Source: Narcine bancroftii | Taxonomy: Eukaryota | Assembly: GCF_036971445.1 (NCBI RefSeq) | Contig: NC_091476.1 | Location: forward strand, 24,738,001 to 24,802,000 | DNA: 64,000 nucleotides | Direction of reading: 5' to 3' | Part shown: positions 55,518 through 64,000 of the stretch, piece by piece | Layout: each line of letters starts with the position of its first letter | How positions within the stretch are numbered: position 1 is the stretch's first letter | Notes under the pieces: model-generated | Databases searched by the model: none | Told to the model about the DNA's origin: nothing | What the model saw: only the letters and a program-made list of their open reading frames with translations | Made by a program: the position numbers and the translations under genes

Positions 55518-55949
55518 TGTCAGAAACACAAATTCTCACAAATGAGTCTCTTTAAGATCGGTGACACGACAAGCTTTATTCACAAGTCTGCAGAGTTGGA
55601 CTCAACCGGCTTCTTGCCAAGTCAAGCCCCGATACATACAGTGTGTTTTTTATACAATTTGCTTGTCCTTCGGCATCTCCACTACACTGCTTTAATTGGT
55701 TAGTTTTTGCAGAATCATCCTGATTACTGTTAGTCACGCACACCACGATCATTCATGACCTCTGCTCACACCAAATTCTGTTTTTCACTCTTTATCAATC
55801 TTTGGCTCCTGCATGTCTCTCTGTAGTTAAATCTGTTGCAAGTCTGTTGTAACATTTTCCAGCTAAACTCTAGTGGTTAGCCCCCTTTTAAGACTAATCA
55901 TCACATTTTAACTTAAACCCTTTTTAACCCAAATTCTCTATCTATAACA
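55518..55949 (-). mobile_element. Solo LTR, 432 bp
   Basis: TGT...ACA termini with perfect TSD ATTAT (55513-55517 and 55950-55954). TTTATT, TTTTATA and ATTGG motifs indicate minus orientation. Confidence 0.8.
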
Positions 55950-57699
55950 ATTATCATATACTTTGATTCTGTCCATGTGTGCATGTCATGTTTTTATCAC
56001 TCCAGCAAACAACTGCCTTCAGCTAACAATCCCCTGACCTCTGAAATTTCTTTCCTGAAATTCTCTGTCTCTACCTTTCTTTCTTCTTAAGATCTACCTT
56101 TTCTTTAACAATCATAATTTGCCCAGATATTTCCTTTTGAGATTTTGTGAGTATTAGAGCCGGCACCACCAGGCTGAGGAACAGCTTCTTCCCATGGGCA
56201 GTGACAATGTTGAATGGCTATAGGAAATGCTCACACTAACTATTGGTGACTCTCATATATGCAAAGCAAAATTTATTTATTTGTATATATGAATACTTGT
56301 CCTGCATATGTATTGTTTTCTGTGCATGTGTGATGCCTGGTTGTGTGTCTGTGTGTTTTGCACCGAGGACCAGAGAACGCTGTTTTATCGGGTGGTGCTT
56401 TACAATCAGGTAACAATAAACAACTTGACGATATTTCTCCTGTGAAACAAGTTGGGATCTTACTCTGTTAGAGGTATGAAAGGTATGAAAAGTTAATGCC
56501 AAAGAATTCTTTCAGCTGAACCAAGGCAAAGAGCCAAAAATTTAGAGGTGTAAAATTACAATGTTAGCCAACCTATTCTCTCCTCATATAATTGTCTGCC
56601 CATCCTTGAAGTTAGCCTGCCAAACCATTTTTGGACTTCCTCTTTGGCAAGTATATAATATTTTGGATTAAAAAGACCAAAACTGTAAATGATTCTCCAG
56701 ATGTGGAGTTACCAAAGCCTTGTATAATTGTAGAAAGCCAACTTGGCTCCAGTTTTAACATTAAGTTTGCAGGGCATGTAGGAAATGGTTCTTTATCGGA
56801 AAAAGTGATCTGCAGCTGGAATGGATGGCAAAAGTATTAAGCTCATTTTATTAACCTTTAGATGCTGGACTGGAAATACAGAAAGGTCATTATTCCGAAA
56901 GGATGACATCATGTGGGTCAAAGGCTCATGCAAAGTATTATATTCCTCAGTGACTAAAAGACACTGATTCATTTGAAAATTCCACGTTATCATTTTTAAA
57001 TGATGTATTTTGAAAGAATATCCTAATTTAACACTTGTTTGAGCTTCATCTGCCGCACTGAGCAATTATGAGATTGGAATGAGTGTGTAAGTAATGTCAA
57101 TATGTTTGCAGCAAGAACAACCATTTGCATCTCTACCCATAATGCTAATCTGATCTTTCAAAATAAAAATAATTATTAATTCCTTTTATTCTTTGTATTA
57201 CCAGGGTGCCATGGTTGGCTTAGTGATTAGTGCCAGTGACCTGGTTCATGAAGTCTACATTCTCCGGGTGCACTGGTTTCCTTCTACCTTTCAAAACATA
57301 CTGGTGTTGTAGTTAATAGATGTACTTGGGCAGCACGGGCTCATGGACTGGAAGGGCCTGTTACGCTGCTGCATGCCTATATTTAAAAAAAAATTACTCA
57401 TCCATCTTTTAATGCCTCTTGCTTGTTCTTTTCTTTAACATCCTTTTGGATAACAATTATTTTTAGAATGACTTAGAATTTTCAGGCCCTTAAGGCACAG
57501 TTTAGTCAATCCTCTTACAGTGTCTTTATTAGCTGCCACCCTCTCAGCCCAGAAAGCATTAATCTTTTGTTCATATTTATAAATAGTATTTTAGTCAGCT
57601 GCGTTTAACTCACCAGAGGGAAAGAAAACCAACAGAAAGCTCTTTTGTCAACATTTAAACAAATATTCATCATTTTTAGAAATTCTGATGATATGCCGT

Positions 57700-57895
57700 A
57701 GATTTTTTTGGGACTGGGGTTCGAATCCTGTACTGTCTGTCAGGAGTTTCTCCCTGTGTCTGCATGGGATTTCCCCAGGGGCTTTGGTTTCCTCCCACTG
57801 TTCACTGGGGATGTAGGTTAATTGGGTGGAAGTTGGGCAGCATAGACTCGTGAGCTGAAATGGCATATTATTGTGCTATATGTCTAAATTAAAAT
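57700..57895 (+). mobile_element. tRNA-derived SINE fragment; related copies at about 31550-31700, 51030-51280 and 57205-57390
   Basis: B-box GGTTCGAATCC followed by the SINE core CTCCCTGTGTCTGCATGGG.TTTCC. Confidence 0.65.
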
Positions 57896-58459
57896 TAAAT
57901 GGTATCTTTTTTATTGGTAATATTCTAAGTTGTTCATTAACTTAAAATTTTACAAGAATGGAGGAATATTGTTTGTCAAAGATTCCTTATAGAAATTTGC
58001 GTGTGAGTCAGTTGCTATTGAATATTCTATTGTTTATCTAAAAAGACTACAGTTCAAGAATGATGCATTTTCACAAGAATCTCAATCAAATCCATTAATC
58101 CGGCTACAATATTTAATCCTTGAAATTTAGCAGGCAGCTGTTTGAACTTATCCAGAAATAAAAGGCAATTCTCCCATCCATTTCTCTTAACTATATGTGA
58201 TTAACTAATGCCAAACAACTGGTTGACATCATCCTAACAGTTTATAATTGATCTCATCAACTCAAAGTTGTGGACAAGGGAAGTTCAGACTTGGGAAAAT
58301 TCTTAAAGCAAACTGTGTGAGTTAAACTGATGATCTTACTATTCATTATTTTGTATGTGGAGGCCGTTTCTGATAGGACATAATTTTTAAAAGTCAGGTT
58401 AAAATGAGTTTTCTTAGCTATGTCATTTCTTCAAAAGGTCTAAATGGTCAGTTGAAGTA

Positions 58460-59020
58460 AAACACAAAAGTCTGCAGATGTGGTGGTTGAAGTTAAAAAC
58501 CCAATGTTGGAGAAACTTATCAGGTCAAACAGTGTACTTTATGTAGCAAAGATAAAGATACATAGCTAATGTTTCAGGCTTCATCTATGTATGGTCAAAT
58601 GTGGGCAGGTGCCCAAACAAAATGATGTGCGGGTGGGAGGGGAAGGAGTACAGTCCCACTGGCAGGAGGTAATAGGTAGATAAGGGAGAGAGGACAAACC
58701 AGCAAACAAGAGGAGAGGGATGGCTCTGTAAATGCAGGGGGAAGGGGGTGGATTAAAAAAAAGACCAAAATGGAGAAGAGAGGAAGAACTGGGAATAGGC
58801 TAGCAGAAACCAGAGAAGTCAACATTAATGCCATCTGGCTAGAGAATCCTGAGATAGAGAATGAGGTGTTCCTCTTCCATTTTACAGGTGGTCTGGATTT
58901 GACAATGCATGAGGCCATGGACAGATATGTCCGCATGGGAGTAGGGCGCAGAATTGAGATGGTTGGCCTCTGGAGTAAAATGGATCCATCAGGCAGATGC
59001 AGTATGGATTTAGCAAAGGC
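58460..59020 (+). repeat. Interspersed repeat also seen at about 33466-33670 (the Gypsy target); family not identified
   Basis: Shares CACAAAAGTCTGCAGA...GAAGT.AAAA..CAATG.T.GAGAAACT...CAGGTCAAACAGTGTACTTTATGTAGCA with 33467-33553. Confidence 0.55.
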
Positions 59021-60220
59021 AGGTTCTTTGAGGATATAATGAGTGTGGTAGCTGGAGGGGAGAAGGTGGCTGTTGTTTACCTGGACTTTCAGAAAGCATT
59101 TGAAAATGTGCTGCATAAAAGAGATCTATAAGATAAGGATATATGGAATTGGGGGCTGATATATTGGCATGGATCGAGGATTGGTTAACCAATAGAAAAC
59201 AGAGTTGGGGTGCAGATGTGTTTTTCTAGTTGGCAATCGATGGTGAGTGGAATGCCAGAGGGGTTAATGCTGAGCCCACAACTGTTCATAGTATACATGA
59301 ATGATCTGGAAAAGGGCAAGGTGTAATGTATAAAAGTTTGCTGTTGATATTAAATTGAGAGGAAAAGCAAATTATGCAGAGGATACGGAGAGTCTGCAGA
59401 GAGATATAGATAGGTTAAGTGAATGGGCAAGGGTCTGGCAGATGGTGTACAATGTTGCAAGTGTGCGGTTGTCTACTTTGGAAGGAAGAATGGAAGATCA
59501 GAATATTATTTAAATGGCAAGCGATTGCAGCATGCTGCCCTGCAGAAGGGAGTGCTTGTGCATGAATTGCAAAATGTTGACTTGCAGGTGCAGCAGGCTA
59601 TCAAGAAGGCAAATGAAATGTTGGCCATCATTGTCGGAGGGATTGCATTTGGGAGCAGAAAGGTTATGCTGCAACAGTACAAGGTACTAGTGACACTACA
59701 TCTAGAATATTGCGTATAGTTCTCGTCTCCTTACTCAGGACAAATGTACTGACTTTGGAGGTGGTGTAGAGAAAGTTCACTAGGTTGATTCCAGGGATGA
59801 AGGGGTTCGTCTATGAGAAAAGATTGAGTCATCTGTGACTGTATTTGTTGGAATTTAGAAGAATGAGAGGGGATCTTATAGAAAGATATAAAATTATGAA
59901 AGGCTTAGATAAGATTGGGGTAGGCAAGTTGTTTCCATTGGTAGGGGACATAGCTTAAAATTAATGGTACTAAATTTAGGACAGAGATGAGGAGGAACTG
60001 GTTTACCCAGAGGGTGGTGAATCTGTGAAATTTGTTGGCCATTGAAGCAGTGGAGCTGACCTCAGTAAATATATTTTAAATTCAAGGTTGGATAGATAAG
60101 GGAATTGGGGATAAGGGGAAAAGGAATGTAGAGATGAACCTATTATCAAATCAGCCATGTTCACATTGAATAGCAGATGGGCTGACTGGCCTTCTCCTGC
60201 TCCTATTTCTTATGTTCTTA
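59020..60220 (+). mobile_element. CR1 LINE 3' part, decayed
   Basis: VYLDFQKAF, IKKANEMLA, LQQYKVLVTLHLEYCV, RRMRGDLIE; tail GCTCCTATTTCTTATGTTCTTA. Confidence 0.85.
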
Positions 60221-60307
60221 CTTGCATGCTGCTTGTCGGTAAGTTAATGTATATAGGCAGTGTTAGTTAACCAATGAATTAATCTTGGTCTTAACATTTT
60301 CATTTTT

Positions 60308-60536
60308 TGTGTAGCAGTTGGTGTAATGCTGATACATTGGCAGCAATTGGGATCGGGTTTGAATCCCATGCTGTCTGTAAGGAATTTGTAAGTTCTCCCC
60401 ATGTCTGCATGGGTTTATCCCAGGGGTTCTGGTTTCCTCCCACCCTTCAAAATATTTTGGAGGTTGTAGGTCAATTGGGGGTAATTGGGTAGCACGGGCT
60501 TAGGGGCTGAAAGGGCCTGTTACTGTGCTGTATGTC
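60308..60536 (+). mobile_element. tRNA-derived SINE with a solo LTR inserted in its tail
   Basis: GGGTTTGAATCCC B-box, SINE core, and tail GCTGTATGTC. Confidence 0.7.
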
Positions 60537-60776
60537 TGTAGAGCTCGTCGAAAGAATCAAAGACTTGTTGATCCAAACCAAGGCTTTTATTAGCAAAAGT
60601 CAGGAGCTCTTCACAGGTGGCCGACCAGTCCGGAATGATCTGACCTGGCTAGGGACACAATCCTTTAAGGCCCAGACAATAGGTGTGGCTTAGCTCTCAG
60701 CTAATCGCTGTAAGCACAGTCTAGATACAGTAACTATATACGCTATATACATTGGTGATAGATCTGTACTATCACA
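60537..60776 (-). mobile_element. Solo LTR, same family as 15942-16180
   Basis: TGT...ACA termini with TSD ATGTC (60532-60536 and 60777-60781). Shares CAAAGACTTGTTGATCCAAACC and CTGTACTATCACA with the other copy. Confidence 0.85.
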
Positions 60777-61259
60777 ATGTCAAAATTTTTTAAATGTACA
60801 CTTAAATTTAAAATTTCTCTTTTTTTCCCTCCAGCATTTGAAGTGCATATTTTTCACTAAAATCCTGAATTTTATTTGGCTGGTTTAGGGACATAGGTTT
60901 GGAATTCTTTCCCTAAATCATACCACATCTCTCTTCCATTCTTCTTTTATGGCATATCCTAAATTCTATCGCTCCTTTCAAGTTCTTGATGTAACCTCAT
61001 GGCATTTAATTCAGCACCAAGTTTTGACTTGTGCTCCTGTAGCTAAAGTTTTGCTCTGAGAAAAGGGGTAAAATGACAATTTTTTTTTTTTTTGCCCTAT
61101 TCAGTACATGATGTACAAGAGGTTTGAGCAAATAAATTCTGCTTCATATTTTTTGGAAATGATACATCCATGCCCCTGCCATTTTTTTTTGTCATATACT
61201 GAATACTAGTCCTAAAACAGAGATGCACAAATTGCAGGATGTTTTTGCATTCATTATTG

Positions 61260-62112
61260 ATCTTCAGCCCAATCTTCTATTTCCTCTCTACCCGTGATTT
61301 TGCCTCCACATATTCTACCAGCATTATCATCAAGTTTGCAGATGACACAACTGTGATTGGACTTGTTTCAAGAGGAAACAGAACAGCTTACAGGATTGAA
61401 GTCCAAAGACTGACAGCGTGCTGTTCAGAGAACAATCTCGTCTTGAACTCCTCAAAAACAAAAGAACTCATAATAGACTCAGGAGGAACAATACAGTTCC
61501 AGAACGTCAATGGGGAATCTGTGCAAAGGATCACTGCTTTTAGGTTATTGGGTATGCATTTTGCTGAAGATCTCTCCTGGCCTACCCATACCATCGCAGT
61601 AGTTAAAAAGGTGCAACAACGACTCCATGCCCTGAGGATTCTCAGGAAAATCAAACTGCAGGAATCCTTCTATCACTGCTCCATTGAGAGTGTACTGCAT
61701 TCCTACGTGGTTTGATAGTTGTTCGACAGCAGACAAGAGAGACCTTCAGAGGGTGATCAGTACAGAATATTATTGGCTGCGCAATAATCCTCTGTGGAGG
61801 ATTGATTCAGCTCTCGCTGCCTGACTACAACAGCCAACATCCTGAAAGACCCTTACCACCCTACCACCCTGGTCATCATCTGTTTGACCTGCTGCCCTCT
61901 GGTAGACATTTTAGGTCCATTAAATCACAGATAAATAGACTTAAAAACAGTTTTAACCCCAGAGCCATACGTGAACTGAACATTGCTAGATGTTGAATAT
62001 TGTATTTTATTGTGTTGTTTTTGTATCTAATTTGTTTGCAGTATGTGTGCACCGTCAGGACGTGCACTTAATTTTGTTGTACTTGTGCAATGAAAATAAA
62101 AGATTATCTTAT
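61260..62112 (+). mobile_element. Rex1-like LINE 3' fragment
   Basis: IIKFADDTTVIGLV, NNLVLNSSKTKELIID, KKVQQRLHALR, HPGHHLFDLLPSGR; AATAAA and ATCTT tail. Confidence 0.8.
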
Positions 62113-64000
62113 CAGCCTTTTTAGGAAATGAGATCATCAAGGAATTGAAAAGGAATTGAACTGATGATCAAACTTTGGCTGACATACCTGACAGTCTTCA
62201 ACCTAAAGCCATAATGATGTTTCTCTTTCCACAGATGCTTCTTGACCTGTTGAGTGTTTTCAGCATTTCTGTTTTTATTCCAAATTTCCAGCATGAGGAG
62301 TTTTTATTGATTTGCAAGACTGACTTGTGAATGGTTTAAAACTACATTTTCTCAATTTCTTTGCCAAAAATCTTACCTTCCCCATAAGATTCCTTTGCCT
62401 ACAGTTTTATTCACTATTGTGGTAGTGTTACTATTCAATTAATATTTCTTTCTACCTTAAAGCAATATCCTTAGCCAATAAAATAAAATCCTCTTGTACT
62501 TTAGAAAGATAGTTTCTAAGAACCACGGGACAACCATGGGACATGAATCTATCTGAAGGGATCGTCATGTGGTGAAGAAAACATTGATTTTAGCACAGTA
62601 AAATACATATTCTGAGATAATCTTTACAAGAAGCTAATATGAAATAATGATTTTCATATACAAAATACAGTAGTTTAATTGTTCTTTGCACATATTCATT
62701 TCAACATACCTAGACTTTTGTGTTGCTCAATTCAATTATCTCCCTTGATTTATTGTTTTCAACAAATGCCGTGTAATTATATTCATGTGATTATTACAAT
62801 GCATTGTTCAAGTAGCTTCTGAACTTGCGATAAAAACAGTGATGGTTTATTAATTTGCTCAGCTCAATATTTCTAAAAGGATTACATCAAGGCAAGCTAG
62901 CTTTGTATACTGATTTTACCCCATACTTGTGTAATAATGTTTTATTTGAATTGTATCTTCAAAGAAGAGTCCAGGTCTATTAATGCATTTAATCTCATTA
63001 GTGGTTCTGTTACCTCTTGATTTCAAAGGGGAAAAAAAAAATCTTCTATTGGATATTAAACTACGTATGTGCATGTCTTTTAAGATGCTGGTAAAATTTA
63101 AAATAAGACTGTTTTAAAACACACTTTTGGAAACTAAGTGAGCAAATTAGAATTGTTTCATCTGACTCACAGTGGGATCATTTCTTTGATCAACTGTAAG
63201 CCCCTACCATGGGGTGCAGCAGATTAAAATGAAATGTCCATTATTTCCATGTGTTGAAATAAATAGGCTGCCATAAAACAATGCCTCCAGTTGCATGGAA
63301 TTAGCTTGTTATTGACTGATGTGTGAAGGCTACAAAAATTGGGTTTCCTGAAAAAAATGTTCAACTTGAAAGGAAAAATATTCATAATACATGAGAACGT
63401 TCAGTTTCTAACTCTGTTGTGAATGTAAAAGCAGAGGATATTTCTGTCCATGTTCGGATTGCAAACCTCTTCTAATCATAAATTACAGGCTGTTTAAGGG
63501 TAATGTACAATACCCCCCAAACAATGGAAAGGTTAAAAGTTTAGAAGCTGAATTAGGATGCAAATTGCCCATGAAATGGTGGTCTGAAAATGATTAGAGA
63601 TAGTGGGGCTTGTAAAGAGAACAATGAAGGGACAGTAGTGTTAGGAGAATGGTTTGAAGAAAATATCCAGGGAAGATGAAGGGCTCTAATGGAACAGGAG
63701 ATATAATCTGCTGTGGTTTACAGATATAGTATCAGCATCCTGGCCAACTAAGATGGCAGAAGGATTGAAGAAACAATTAACAATCTTAACTGAGTAGATC
63801 TCATAGAGAATGGAACAGGAGGAAGGCTCTGCCTGTATAGGAGCCCAGTCACCTCACCTGTCCTGCATTGAAAAAGCTGACGACGTTCATTTTTTTTTCT
63901 CTCTCTCTCTCTTTCCCTTGCATGGAGACTATCACTGAACTCCAGGCTGCAGGCCATGGACAGCTCTGGAGGGCCAAATGCAATGTGCCCATCCTGGATC

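Overview
Repeat-rich, AT-rich vertebrate genomic DNA. The repeat content (CR1, Rex1-like, RTE and L1 LINEs, tRNA-derived SINEs) suggests a cartilaginous fish, possibly a ray; this is inference only. Two host genes are divergently arranged. On the minus strand are the first two coding exons (6182-6305, 575-705) of a divergent EXOC1/Sec3 paralogue, preceded by a CpG-rich region split by a ~1.15 kb G-rich minisatellite. On the plus strand is a KCTD12b-type GABA-B receptor auxiliary subunit. Its exon 1 (ATG 23512) carries the desensitising TFLEQ motif and ends at C|GTGAGTGA, which is both a splice donor and an immediate stop. Unspliced, it gives a 272-aa T1+H1 protein. Spliced to two phase-compatible exons (41040-41312, 42856-43316), it gives a 514-aa protein ending in a KCTD8/16-like H2 motif. 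Exon 2 looks like a duplicate of the 5' part of exon 3. The rest is nested transposable elements: a young full-length Gypsy provirus in the KCTD intron, a full-length decayed L1 inserted just after the KCTD poly(A) signal, a hAT transposon inside a Gypsy fragment, solo LTRs with target-site duplications (TSDs), and many LINE/SINE fragments. Homology calls come from recalled protein motifs; no searches were run.
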